Source: Minisyncoccia bacterium (GTDB lineage: Bacteria; Patescibacteriota; Minisyncoccia; Phycocordibacterales; UBA918). Taken from it: a DNA stretch of 64,000 bases. Position numbers and translations under genes: made by a program. The first letter of the stretch is position 1, and each line of letters opens with the position of its first letter. The stretch lies in contig JBGSPE010000005.1 in assembly GCA_041738755.1 (NCBI GenBank), positions 207,872 to 271,871 on the forward strand, read 5' to 3'. The notes under the pieces were generated by a model. That model was given only the letters and a program-made list of their open reading frames with translations. It made no database searches and was not told the origin of the DNA. Positions 8,946 through 18,545 of this stretch are shown one piece after another.

Positions 8946-10844
8946 ATGGCAAAGATTTTAGGAATAGACCTTGGAACCACTAACTCTGCAATTGCAGTGA
9001 TTGAAGCTGGTGAACCGACTATTATTGAAAACCAAGAAGGAAATCGAACCACACCGTCAATTGTCGCCATCTCAAAGACAAATGAACGACTGGTCGGGCA
9101 AATTGCAAAGCGACAAGCAGTCACGAACCCAACCAATACCATCTATGGTATTAAACGATTCATGGGACACCTTTTCAGCGATGATGTGGTACACAAAGAC
9201 AAAGACATCGTCCCGTACGAAATTAAAGAGGGAAGTGACGGTGGGGTGATTGTTACGATGGATGGAAAGGATTATCGTCCAGAGGAAGTATCAGCGATGA
9301 TTCTTACTAAACTTAAGAATGATGCTGAAGCAAAACTTGGCGAGAAGATTACTGAAGCAGTTATTACTGTTCCGGCCTACTTCAACGACTCACAACGAAA
9401 GGCTACCCAAGATGCTGGAAAAATTGCTGGACTCGATGTAAAGCGAATCATTAACGAACCAACCGCAGCGGCGTTAGCCTACGGGTTCAATAAAAAGAAA
9501 GATGAGAAGATTGTCGTCTATGACTTCGGAGGCGGAACCTTCGACGTGTCTGTACTTGAGGTTGGAGATGATGTTATCGAAGTACAATCGACCGATGGAG
9601 ATGCACATATGGGTGGACGAGATATCGACCAGGGGATTGTCCGCTTCTTGATTGAAGAATTCAAGAAGAGTAATGGAGTAGATCTCTCAAAGGACAAGCT
9701 TGCTCTCCAGCGACTCGATGAAGCAGCTGAAAAAGCGAAGCATGAACTTTCTTCAACGACAGAAAGTAACATCAATATTCCATTTATCTCTCAAGGGAGT
9801 GACGGGCCGCTTCATATGGACCTCAAACTCACTCGAGCCAAACTCGAAGAGCTTTCACACGAGTTTGTTGATAAGTCGATTGAAATCACCAAGCGAGCAC
9901 TTGAAGCCTCAGGTCTTAAGAAAGAAGATATCGATGAAATTATTTTGGTTGGTGGACAGACTCGTATGCCAGCCGTACAAAACGCCGTAAAAGAACTCTT
10001 TGGTAAAGAACCAAATCGTTCTATCAACCCAGACGAAGTGGTAGCTCTTGGAGCCGCCATTCAAGCTGGTATCTTCCAGGGCGATGTCCAAGACATCACA
10101 CTCGTAGATGTGATTCCATTGTCTCTCGGTATCGAAACCATGGGAGGAGTAAACACAAAACTGATTGAAAAGAACACACATATCCCAACCAAGAAATCAC
10201 AAGTGTTCTCAACCGCTTCTGACAATCAAACCTCTACCATGATTCGCGTAGCGCAAGGTGAACGACCAATGTTCAACGACAACAAGGTACTCGGTGAATT
10301 CAACCTTGACGGTATTCCACCAGCACCGCGAGGAGTCCCGCAAGTTGAAGTAACGTTTGATGTCGATAGCAACGGCGTCTTGAAAGTTACCGCTAAAGAC
10401 AAAACGACTGGCAAGGAACAATCAATCCGGATTGAAGCCAGCTCAGGTCTCACCCCAGACGATATCGAACGAATGAAAAAAGAAGCTGAGGAACACGCAG
10501 CCGAAGATGAAAAAAAGAAAGAACTCATTGAGACACGCAACCAAGCTGAACAAATTACCTATACCGCCGAGAAAGCACTGAAGGATCACGAGAAAGAAGT
10601 TCCTGCTGACGTAAAGACTGAGATTGAAGATAAAATCAAAGCTGTCCGAGAAACTGCCGGGAAGGATGACAAGGGAGTAATTGAAACAGCGGTAGCTGAA
10701 CTCTCAACATCACTCCAAAAGATTGGTGAAATTATGCAAAAAGCTGCCGAAGATGCTTCCAAAGCACCCGGAGAAGGAACAAAAGAAGCTGAACCTACCG
10801 TTCATGAAGCAGACATGAATGACGATAAAGCAGATACGAAGTAA
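8946..10844 (+). CDS. dnaK: chaperone DnaK (Hsp70)
   Basis: 632 aa with [18 protein letters not shown] and [11 protein letters not shown], all canonical Hsp70 signatures. Confidence 0.98.
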   Translation: MAKILGIDLGTTNSAIAVIEAGEPTIIENQEGNRTTPSIVAISKTNERLVGQIAKRQAVTNPTNTIYGIKRFMGHLFSDDVVHKDKDIVPYEIKEGSDGGVIVTMDGKDYRPEEVSAMILTKLKNDAEAKLGEKITEAVITVPAYFNDSQRKATQDAGKIAGLDVKRIINEPTAAALAYGFNKKKDEKIVVYDFGGGTFDVSVLEVGDDVIEVQSTDGDAHMGGRDIDQGIVRFLIEEFKKSNGVDLSKDKLALQRLDEAAEKAKHELSSTTESNINIPFISQGSDGPLHMDLKLTRAKLEELSHEFVDKSIEITKRALEASGLKKEDIDEIILVGGQTRMPAVQNAVKELFGKEPNRSINPDEVVALGAAIQAGIFQGDVQDITLVDVIPLSLGIETMGGVNTKLIEKNTHIPTKKSQVFSTASDNQTSTMIRVAQGERPMFNDNKVLGEFNLDGIPPAPRGVPQVEVTFDVDSNGVLKVTAKDKTTGKEQSIRIEASSGLTPDDIERMKKEAEEHAAEDEKKKELIETRNQAEQITYTAEKALKDHEKEVPADVKTEIEDKIKAVRETAGKDDKGVIETAVAELSTSLQKIGEIMQKAAEDASKAPGEGTKEAEPTVHEADMNDDKADTK

Positions 10845-10894
10845 AAAGTGTCCAAAGTGCAAAACCCTTCAGGTTTTGCACTTCCTGACACTTT
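10845..10894 (+). terminator. nested stem-loop after dnaK (terminator-like, weak U tract)
   Basis: An outer stem AAAGTGTC/GACACTTT encloses GTGCAAAACC-cttca-GGTTTTGCAC. Confidence 0.45.
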
Positions 10895-11079
10895 GTACTA
10901 CAATCCGACAAAGCAATTAGCCACTACAACTCCCATACTATGAACAAAGACTTAAATGAAGCAACGAGCAGTAAAACTGCGACTATGCTGAATTTATCCA
11001 GGCGCTTAGCATATTTCGACTTCCAGGGGAGAAATAGGCTGCAGCGAGCTGGGAGAGAACAATCAATTCAACTAACAAT

Positions 11080-12153
11080 ATGAACAAAGACTACTACCAA
11101 ATTCTAGGTCTCGAAAAGGGAGCCTCAAAAGACGAGGTAAAGAAGGCCTTCCGAAAGATGGCTGCCAAGTATCATCCAGACAAAGCTTCTGGAGATGAGG
11201 AAAAATACAAAGAAGTTACCGAAGCCTATGCGGTATTGGGTGATGATAAGAAAAAAGCCGAATACGATAGCTACGGCCATGCCTTTAATAATGGTGGCGG
11301 GGGAGCAGGGTTTGGTGGTTTCTCTTGGGGTGACTTCGCGCAACAAGCCGGTGGTTTCAGCGGGCAAGGCTTTGAATTCGATCTCAATGACATTTTTGAA
11401 AACTTTGGTTTCGGTGGTGGAGGAGTAAAAACCCGAAGGGGTAACGATGTCTCTATCGATATCAATCTCAATTTCACTGAATCAGTGTTTGGTGTTACCC
11501 GCAAAGTGCTTTTGACCAAGAACAATACCTGTACCTTCTGTACCGGGACGGGAGCCAAAGCTGGTACCGAAAAAGTCTCTTGCAACACCTGTGGTGGCAA
11601 CGGGAAGCTTCGCGAAACCAGACAAAGCATCATGGGTAGCTTCTCAACCGTACGTGAGTGTAGTGACTGTAATGGAACCGGGAAAGTACCAAAAGAAAAG
11701 TGTACTCACTGTAATGGAGCAGGTATCAGTCGCTCACAAAATGAAATCAGTATCAAAATCCCAGCCGGCATCCAAAACGGTGAAGTCATCCGCATGACTG
11801 GACAAGGCGAAGCTGTCTCAGGCGGTCAACCAGGCGACCTCTACATCAAGATACACGTTGAATCTCACGCCACTATCAGGCGAGAGGGGAGCACGCTTTC
11901 AAGCAATCTTCCTATCAAACTTACCGACGCACTCTTAGGTAATGTTTATCGGGTTGAAACCCTCGATGGTCCCGTTGAAATCAAGATTCCAGCTGGTATC
12001 TCTCATGGTGAACTTATCCGTATCAAGGAGAAAGGTGTCCCAACCGACCGTGGCCGCGGTGACTTCATGGTAAAGATATCTATTGAAGTCCCCAAGAAAC
12101 TCTCGCGTAAAGCACAGAAGCTTGTTGAAGAATTGAAGGAAGAGGGTATTTAA
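11080..12153 (+). CDS. dnaJ: chaperone DnaJ
   Basis: A J domain ([31 protein letters not shown]), a G/F region, and four CxxCxGxG zinc-finger repeats. Confidence 0.97.
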   Translation: MNKDYYQILGLEKGASKDEVKKAFRKMAAKYHPDKASGDEEKYKEVTEAYAVLGDDKKKAEYDSYGHAFNNGGGGAGFGGFSWGDFAQQAGGFSGQGFEFDLNDIFENFGFGGGGVKTRRGNDVSIDINLNFTESVFGVTRKVLLTKNNTCTFCTGTGAKAGTEKVSCNTCGGNGKLRETRQSIMGSFSTVRECSDCNGTGKVPKEKCTHCNGAGISRSQNEISIKIPAGIQNGEVIRMTGQGEAVSGGQPGDLYIKIHVESHATIRREGSTLSSNLPIKLTDALLGNVYRVETLDGPVEIKIPAGISHGELIRIKEKGVPTDRGRGDFMVKISIEVPKKLSRKAQKLVEELKEEGI

Positions 12154-12362
12154 ACGTTAAAAAATCTGACAAGATTTTAGTTTAAATAAGGCGGAGCTAT
12201 ATGAGAAGTGGCTTTATCCCGCCACGACGAATTGCGAGCCCGGGGAGGAAGTTCTTATGAGCGTAGCGAATTAGAAACTTGACCCTATAAACATAAAGCT
12301 AAAATTGCCAGCAACTCTAAACACACATACTCATTGTGCAGTAAGGCAAAGCACGTGATAAT

Positions 12363-12393
12363 AAAAGGACGTACATGTGGTACGTCCTTTTTT
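12363..12393 (+). terminator. rho-independent terminator ending 1 nt before the next start codon
   Basis: AAAAGGACGTAC-atgtg-GTACGTCCTTTTTT, immediately followed by ATG 12394. Confidence 0.7.
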
Positions 12394-12879
12394 ATGGACA
12401 CCAGCTTCATCCTTAATTTTCTCTCCGAAATTGCTTATCTCTTAATTGTGTTTGGGATTCTCTTTACCTTCGCGATTGTGAAAGGGAGGCAAGGAGTTAT
12501 CAATATTATTATCGGTCTCTATCTAGCACTGCTTATATCTCTTCAGTTTCCGTATTACGACCAACTCCTTGGCTCACTCACAACGTCTGAATCTATCGCC
12601 GGAGCCAAGCTCGCTATCTTCACAATCTTCACTGCTATCGCCACCTTCTTGTGTTTCCGTATCATGCCTGATGAGTTTAAAGAAAAAAAGTTTGAGAGCT
12701 TTTGGAAAAAATTCCTTCTGGCTACGATGGCTACCATTCTTGTAATGATTTACAGCTTCCAAGTTCTGCCGGTCACAGAATTCCTCACCCCAGGCACACC
12801 ACTCCAAACCCTCTTTGCTTCACCTGACTATTTCTTCTGGTGGCTTCTGGCCCCACTCGTAATTTTGTTCATTCTATAA
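12394..12879 (+). CDS. small polytopic membrane protein (CvpA-like?)
   Basis: Four predicted TM helices. I place the start at ATG 12394 because a terminator lies inside the track's longer 12334 ORF. Confidence 0.5.
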   Translation: MDTSFILNFLSEIAYLLIVFGILFTFAIVKGRQGVINIIIGLYLALLISLQFPYYDQLLGSLTTSESIAGAKLAIFTIFTAIATFLCFRIMPDEFKEKKFESFWKKFLLATMATILVMIYSFQVLPVTEFLTPGTPLQTLFASPDYFFWWLLAPLVILFIL

Positions 12880-12885
12880 ATTACT

Positions 12886-13299
12886 ATGAAAAAAATCATT
12901 ATCAAAACCATTCCTGATAGTCATCAGCGATACAATACTGTTGGTGACTATTATTTTGATGAACAAGGCAATCGAGTATTTGCCGTTTCTGACATGAACA
13001 ATTGGAAGTACGAGATGTTGGTAGTTGTTCACGAAATGATTGAGGCGGCACTCTGTGAAGATAGGGGAGTCACTGACAAAATGATTGATGACTTTGATTT
13101 TACCTTTGAAACGAAACGCCTTACTGACCCAAATATAGGTGAACCGGGAGATCAACCCGAAGCACCGTATTTCAAGGAGCACCAATTCGCCACCAAAATT
13201 GAGAAGATGCTAGCCGAAGAGCTTGGAGTTGATTGGAATTCCTATGCCTCCGTCTGTGCCAAATTAGATAGAAATACCGAAACGCTGCCACAAGTATAA
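12886..13299 (+). CDS. hypothetical protein
   Basis: 137 aa with the start 6 nt after the previous stop; an HEMIE motif; no family recognised. Confidence 0.45.
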   Translation: MKKIIIKTIPDSHQRYNTVGDYYFDEQGNRVFAVSDMNNWKYEMLVVVHEMIEAALCEDRGVTDKMIDDFDFTFETKRLTDPNIGEPGDQPEAPYFKEHQFATKIEKMLAEELGVDWNSYASVCAKLDRNTETLPQV

Positions 13300-13431
13300 C
13301 CGGGACTATACATAGGACACCAGCTTCGCTGGTACAGACCCTTTACAAAACTATATTTTTGTGCTACTGTATTAAATAGCACGCTCTTTGAAATGAGAGC
13401 AATCAATTAATCGAAACTATAGGAGGTCCGA

Positions 13432-14388
13432 TTGGACATTCTCAATTTTTTCCTCGACTTCATCTCTTCGGGATGGTTCATTGCCATCGTCGTTGCTGGT
13501 GCCATGTTTGCAGCCGGTGTAATTATCGATGAAAAACTCGTAAAAGAGCAAGCTATCGGTACGCTGGTCATAATCTCATCCCTCTTCGGGTTCGCGGTAA
13601 TGGCAGTTTTTGCCGGTATAGCGCACTACACCAATACCAGCCTCTACCTCGACCAGACAAGCCTCAAGTGGGCACTTTTGATTGGGGTTGGTGAGATTGC
13701 ATGGGTGGTACCATACCTCTATGCTCTCAAACGCCGCGGCGCAGTGGTAGCTGGTCCGATGTTCCAGCTCATTCCGGTTGCTGGTGGCGTTCTCGAAGCT
13801 ATATTCTTTGGCGTCATTCCACCTGCGATTCATGTAATTGGATCCATTCTCATCATTGGTGGAGGCTTCGTACTTTCTATCGAAGAAGAAGAGCTGGAAA
13901 ATGGTAGCACTGCTTACGTGTCTGACTGGAAAACAGTTGGTCTCATGGCGGTTTCTGCCATCATCGCATCTGCCATCTATGTCTTCTTCAAGGACACAGC
14001 AGGTGGAGAAGGTGGTTATGTTGCGGTAGGATTCTGGACTGGTCTAGGTATGGTGCTTACCGGCATCGTAATCTGGTTGGTATGGAAGCCATATCGAACT
14101 AACTTCAACGCCTTCTGCAAGAAAGCAAACGGCAAGATGGTTGCTCTGCAACTCCTCAATGAGACAGTGGATGCTGGTGGTGCGTACCTCACGCACTTCG
14201 CCAACATTCTTGGGCCGTCGGTCTTGATTGTAACAGCCTTCAATGCTGTTCAGCCAGTCTTCATCTTAATCTTTGTCGCCATACTCTTATTCTTCGGAAT
14301 TAAGGTGTGGGATATGGAATACAAGTGGAAGATTATCGTCCCATCAATCCTCACGATTGCAGGGGGGACAGTTCTGATTGCTCTCTAA
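13432..14388 (+). CDS. DMT/EamA-like 10-TM transporter
   Basis: 318 aa with two repeated five-TM halves. TTG start with an SD (GGAGG) 5 nt upstream. Confidence 0.55.
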   Translation: MDILNFFLDFISSGWFIAIVVAGAMFAAGVIIDEKLVKEQAIGTLVIISSLFGFAVMAVFAGIAHYTNTSLYLDQTSLKWALLIGVGEIAWVVPYLYALKRRGAVVAGPMFQLIPVAGGVLEAIFFGVIPPAIHVIGSILIIGGGFVLSIEEEELENGSTAYVSDWKTVGLMAVSAIIASAIYVFFKDTAGGEGGYVAVGFWTGLGMVLTGIVIWLVWKPYRTNFNAFCKKANGKMVALQLLNETVDAGGAYLTHFANILGPSVLIVTAFNAVQPVFILIFVAILLFFGIKVWDMEYKWKIIVPSILTIAGGTVLIAL

Positions 14389-14398
14389 ACTCATAAGT

Positions 14399-14436
14399 CC
14401 TTCCTGGGATAACTCGTTATCCCAGGAAGGCATTTT
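14399..14436 (+). terminator. rho-independent terminator (15-bp perfect inverted repeat + U tract)
   Basis: CCTTCCTGGGATAAC..GTTATCCCAGGAAGG followed by CATTTTCAT. Confidence 0.75.
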
Positions 14437-14455
14437 CATATAGAATAAAAAATTA

Positions 14456-15271
14456 TTGCCTATGGCAAACAATCCACCTGACGAAAATTCTCATCAAAGA
14501 CTACAAAAATTCTTCACACCACTTGATTTAGCGGTTGAAGAAATTAAGCGTCGACAATTAGATACGGCTTTATTTAAAAAAGTTGAGGATTTTCTCGATG
14601 GTGATATACCAGAACATTTTGCTCAACCTGACCCAATATTTTATCTTTCTAGACACATTGCCACACCCAATTATGAAGCTCTACGCTTCGTTGAATTAGC
14701 AAAACCATATGGGTTACCAATGGTTATTGGTCAGGACAGCAAAGGTATTTTTGTTTCAAACAATGATCTGAAACGCCCCCTGGGAAAGCTACCTGTTACC
14801 AAAGGGGTATCTAGAAACCTTGACGAAATAGTTGAATATTTTACTATCGTTGACTTCACAGAACACCAAGGAAAACCATTTGCAGAAATTAAAACGAAGT
14901 TCGATAGAGACCTTGTTTCTTATCACAATGAGTTATTCCGGCAAATTTACCCTGTTGAGATGGAAATAGTTGATGAATCTGAATGGATTGATAGAAATCA
15001 CAGGGGAGATATTGTAGCTCAGTACAAAAAGATGCTGTCCTTACTCATTGTGCACGGCATCATGCTTGAATCCTATCCACCGCATGAACATGGCTTTGTA
15101 ACCAATGTACTGGAACCTGCTTATGACGAAGTATCAGAATATTTTGGAGTTAGACCATTAATTTCAGAACACATAGATAGTGACTTAGAAGAAACCCGGG
15201 ACTGGAATGGATACCCAAGTGTCTTGTACCAATTTCTCAAAAACGATACCGAGAAAAAGAAAGGTTCGTAG
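14456..15271 (+). CDS. hypothetical protein (first gene of the low-GC island)
   Basis: 271 aa; no recognisable motifs; GC drops sharply from here onward. Confidence 0.45.
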   Translation: MPMANNPPDENSHQRLQKFFTPLDLAVEEIKRRQLDTALFKKVEDFLDGDIPEHFAQPDPIFYLSRHIATPNYEALRFVELAKPYGLPMVIGQDSKGIFVSNNDLKRPLGKLPVTKGVSRNLDEIVEYFTIVDFTEHQGKPFAEIKTKFDRDLVSYHNELFRQIYPVEMEIVDESEWIDRNHRGDIVAQYKKMLSLLIVHGIMLESYPPHEHGFVTNVLEPAYDEVSEYFGVRPLISEHIDSDLEETRDWNGYPSVLYQFLKNDTEKKKGS

Positions 15272-15321
15272 TTTGTGTATAGAACCAAGATGGTACTTTA
15301 TTAAGTGATACAATTACCGTA

Positions 15322-15639
15322 ATGAAGTTGAAAAACATTCTACTAACCAGTGCAGTTGTGCTGTTTTTGGCAATCAGTATTGGAGCAACATATTATAAAA
15401 TGGTAGTTCTTCAAGATTTTGAGACAACTGGTATCTGGCTAGAATTTGTAGAGGAAGAATCAACCTATGTTTTCTTTGTCTATGAAAACGTCGAGTATGA
15501 ACTTGAGTTAGAAACGACTGATTATAATCTTATATTACTAAGTATTTCAGATGAAGTTGGCATACCAGTAGCTGATTTAGATCCAGACTTTCTTGAATAC
15601 CTTCAAGGTTCTTACGAAGAAGCCAGTTCATCAGAATAA
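15322..15639 (+). CDS. small secreted/anchored acidic protein
   Basis: An N-terminal hydrophobic signal or anchor (LLTSAVVLFLAISIGA) and an acidic C-terminal half. Confidence 0.45.
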   Translation: MKLKNILLTSAVVLFLAISIGATYYKMVVLQDFETTGIWLEFVEEESTYVFFVYENVEYELELETTDYNLILLSISDEVGIPVADLDPDFLEYLQGSYEEASSSE

Positions 15640-15643
15640 ACAT

Positions 15644-16243
15644 ATGAAAAAACCACAAATCTACTCATGGATGAATCCATCGCTAACAATTAAACGAACT
15701 GACCGGTATGGTAGTGCAGATTTGCCGACAATTAAAAACGGAAAAAAAACATATTCCAAGAAAAAAGGTTTAGGTTTTGCGGTATTTGCAAACAAAAAGA
15801 TTAAAAAAGATGAAGTTCTGTTTGTTATGGGTGGTTATGTTTTAACAATCGAAGATGAAAACGAACTATCAGGTATCGTCGCTGATAAACCTATCGAAAT
15901 TTCTGAAAAATTTTCAATAGGGCCACGTAAACCATCCGATATAGAAAAAATGCCTCAACATTATGTTAATCATAGCTGTAACCCTAACGCTGGATTCAAC
16001 GGACAAGTGTTTATGGTGGCTATGAAAAACATAAAAGCTCATGAAGAAATTGTTTATGACTATGCAATGATTATGCACACAAACAGTAAGAGTAATAGTT
16101 TTTTCACATTTGAGTGTTTATGTGAAAGTAAGGATTGTCGTAAAAAAATTGGAGAGAACGATTGGAAAATTAAAGACTTACAAAACAAGTATGACGGTTA
16201 TTTCCAGTACTATTTACAGGAAAAAATTAATAGACTTAAATAA
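15644..16243 (+). CDS. SET-domain protein (putative protein lysine methyltransferase)
   Basis: GLGFAVFANKKIKKDEVLF; the NHSCNPN motif; EEIVYDY; a post-SET CLCESKDCRKK. The likely start is ATG 15644, in frame with the track ORF. Confidence 0.7.
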   Translation: MKKPQIYSWMNPSLTIKRTDRYGSADLPTIKNGKKTYSKKKGLGFAVFANKKIKKDEVLFVMGGYVLTIEDENELSGIVADKPIEISEKFSIGPRKPSDIEKMPQHYVNHSCNPNAGFNGQVFMVAMKNIKAHEEIVYDYAMIMHTNSKSNSFFTFECLCESKDCRKKIGENDWKIKDLQNKYDGYFQYYLQEKINRLK

Positions 16244-16245
16244 TT

Positions 16246-17901
16246 ATGGAAACCTTAACTTGTTTAGATTCTGAAGCTACCTTGTTTGGAATTTTTGACC
16301 CAAGTATCGCACCACTACTTTTATATTATGCCTACGTTCCTATATCTATCATTTCAATATTTTTGGGTATCTTAGTACTTGTAAATAGAAAAAAATTCTC
16401 ATTACCAAACGTAAGTTTCTTCGCTCTTACAATTCTATACAGTTTGTACCTTATAAATGAAATTATTCAATGGATAGCTGTTCCCGCTGGATTAGTGAAT
16501 TTTGGTTGGGAAATGATTGCATTGTACTTTACATCAATATCAATGAGCCTCTTCTACTTTGTCTATACATTTATTGAAGAGAAGGATTTGTCTAGTAAGT
16601 TGAAACTAATCATCTTTGCATTATTTGCTCCGATAATTCTATTTTTACCAACTAGTTTAAATGTTAAGGGCTTTGACCTGGCAATCTGTCAAGCTGAAAT
16701 TGGCAATGGTTACCTATATGTTTATTTTATAATTATTCTCTCAATAGTCGGAATAATTGCCGTCTGTATTAAAAATTACTTGAAGGACAAAAAAGTATCT
16801 ACTATTTTATTGATGCTTGGATCTGTTTCGATGCTTCTTGTGTTGCTATTTGCTGACTTGGTGAGTGAGTACCTAGGAACTTTTGAATTCAACCTTATTG
16901 GTCCAGTTGGTATGCTTCTTTTTATGACAATCATTACGTATATGATTGTTACGTATAAGGCCTTTGATATCAAGGTGGCCGGAGCGCAAGCACTTGTATT
17001 TGCATTAATTATTTTGATTGCCTCACAACTACTCTTCGTGCGCTCAGCGACTAGTCAGATCCTAATTACAATTACGCTTATTATTTCTATCTTAGGCGGT
17101 TATTTCTTAGTAAAAAGTGTTAAGCGTGAAATACAACAACGAGAGCAAATTGAATCGCTAGCCAAAAACCTGGCCAAAGTAAATACGCGACTTAAAGAAC
17201 TCGACAAGCAGAAGTCTGAATTCGTTTCTATTGCCTCACACCAGCTCCGCAGTCCATTAACCGCAATCCGCGGTTACGCTTCGATGGTTATCGAAGGGAG
17301 CTATGGTCAAATTCCAGAGAAAGCCAAGGAATCACTTATGAGAATTGAAGAATCGGCCAAGCTGATGGCAATGTCTGTAGAGGACTACCTCAATGTGTCT
17401 CGAATTGAGTCTGGTAACATGAAGTATGTTTACAGTGACTTTAACCTTAACGAATCAGTCAGCAAAATATGTGACGACCTTCGTCCCGAAGCTATGAAGC
17501 GAAGTCTTATCCTCCTTAACCGTAGCGATATCAAGGGTCGCGGCATTGTTTATGCAGACGTAGGTAAGACACACCAAATCATCCACAACCTCATTAATAA
17601 CTCAATTAAATACACCCAGAAGGGGAGCATTTCAGTTTTTGTCCGTGATGACCTTATCAAGAAGCGTATTTATATCGATATCACTGACACCGGTATTGGC
17701 ATGAGTGAAAAGACCCAACACACTATCTTCCAAAAGTTTGAACGGGCTGAAAACGCTAACAGTGTAAATATTTCTGGTACTGGACTCGGACTCTACGTAG
17801 CTCACAAGATGGCTGAGCAAATGGGCGGTAATATCACCGCGTTCTCTGAAGGTGACGGTAAGGGCTCTCGCTTCACCATCGAATTACCACTAGCGATGTA
17901 A
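16246..17901 (+). CDS. sensor histidine kinase with multi-TM N-terminal domain
   Basis: About 7 TM helices, then HisKA (FVSIASHQLRSPLTAIRGY) and HATPase_c (GTGLGLYVAHKMAEQMGG). No response regulator is adjacent. Confidence 0.8.
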   Translation: METLTCLDSEATLFGIFDPSIAPLLLYYAYVPISIISIFLGILVLVNRKKFSLPNVSFFALTILYSLYLINEIIQWIAVPAGLVNFGWEMIALYFTSISMSLFYFVYTFIEEKDLSSKLKLIIFALFAPIILFLPTSLNVKGFDLAICQAEIGNGYLYVYFIIILSIVGIIAVCIKNYLKDKKVSTILLMLGSVSMLLVLLFADLVSEYLGTFEFNLIGPVGMLLFMTIITYMIVTYKAFDIKVAGAQALVFALIILIASQLLFVRSATSQILITITLIISILGGYFLVKSVKREIQQREQIESLAKNLAKVNTRLKELDKQKSEFVSIASHQLRSPLTAIRGYASMVIEGSYGQIPEKAKESLMRIEESAKLMAMSVEDYLNVSRIESGNMKYVYSDFNLNESVSKICDDLRPEAMKRSLILLNRSDIKGRGIVYADVGKTHQIIHNLINNSIKYTQKGSISVFVRDDLIKKRIYIDITDTGIGMSEKTQHTIFQKFERAENANSVNISGTGLGLYVAHKMAEQMGGNITAFSEGDGKGSRFTIELPLAM

Positions 17902-17926
17902 GTATAATTTCAAATAAATATTTTTA

Positions 17927-18502
17927 ATGTTCAATCTAAACGAAAAAATTGTTTTATTTGACACAGAATATACTGCTTGGGAGGGTAGTCGAGAACGTGG
18001 CTGGAGTAAGTCGAATGAGTATAAGGAAATTGTACAAATTGGTGGGATTATTCTAGAAACGCAGAACTTCACAGAAGTTTCTTGTTTTAATGTGTATGTT
18101 AAGCCGGTTCTTAATCCAATTCTGTCTGACTATTTTATAAATCTTACGGCCATTACTCAGGAGCTTGTTCAGAGTAGAGGGATTGATTTAATGTCAGCTT
18201 ATACTCGATTTGTTGATTGGAGTGCTGGAATAGACTCGTACTCCTTCGGACATGACGAAAAAGTAATTATCGAAAATTTTGGTTTACTCAATTTAAGTGC
18301 AAATTTTGAAACTCAGAGATTTTTCAACGCTAGAAATTTGTTTGAGGAAAATAATATCGATACCTCAAATTATAATAGTGGTAATATAATTGAGTACTTT
18401 GGAAAACAAGCTACGTTACGGGCACATGATGCTCTCAATGATAGCCGTATCATTGCAGATGCTCTAAGAGAAATGGTCTTAAATTCCAATAAGTTTAGGT
18501 AA
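17927..18502 (+). CDS. DEDDh 3'-5' exonuclease (DnaQ-like)
   Basis: Exo I LFDTEYT, with H and D in Exo III (HDALNDS). Confidence 0.65.
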   Translation: MFNLNEKIVLFDTEYTAWEGSRERGWSKSNEYKEIVQIGGIILETQNFTEVSCFNVYVKPVLNPILSDYFINLTAITQELVQSRGIDLMSAYTRFVDWSAGIDSYSFGHDEKVIIENFGLLNLSANFETQRFFNARNLFEENNIDTSNYNSGNIIEYFGKQATLRAHDALNDSRIIADALREMVLNSNKFR

Positions 18503-18545
18503 TTTGTGTTAAAATAGAAACCTAGATTTAAATCTATTAAATAAC

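Noticed and set aside
9001-10540. Multiple 60-100-aa ORFs on both strands inside dnaK; similar ones inside rpoA, pepA, mraY, ftsW, murG, gltX, M23, pgi, dnaB and others
   Set aside because: All are embedded in longer genes with strong homology-based support, and their translations are low-complexity. They are frame shadows.
12154-12362. SRP RNA (4.5S) in the post-dnaJ segment or in the GC-rich patch at 32300-32370 (GCTGGAAGGTGCAG resembles CCGGAAGGAAGCAG)
   Set aside because: The resemblance to the domain IV consensus is partial, and the flanking helices do not reconstruct. Not callable without a covariance model.
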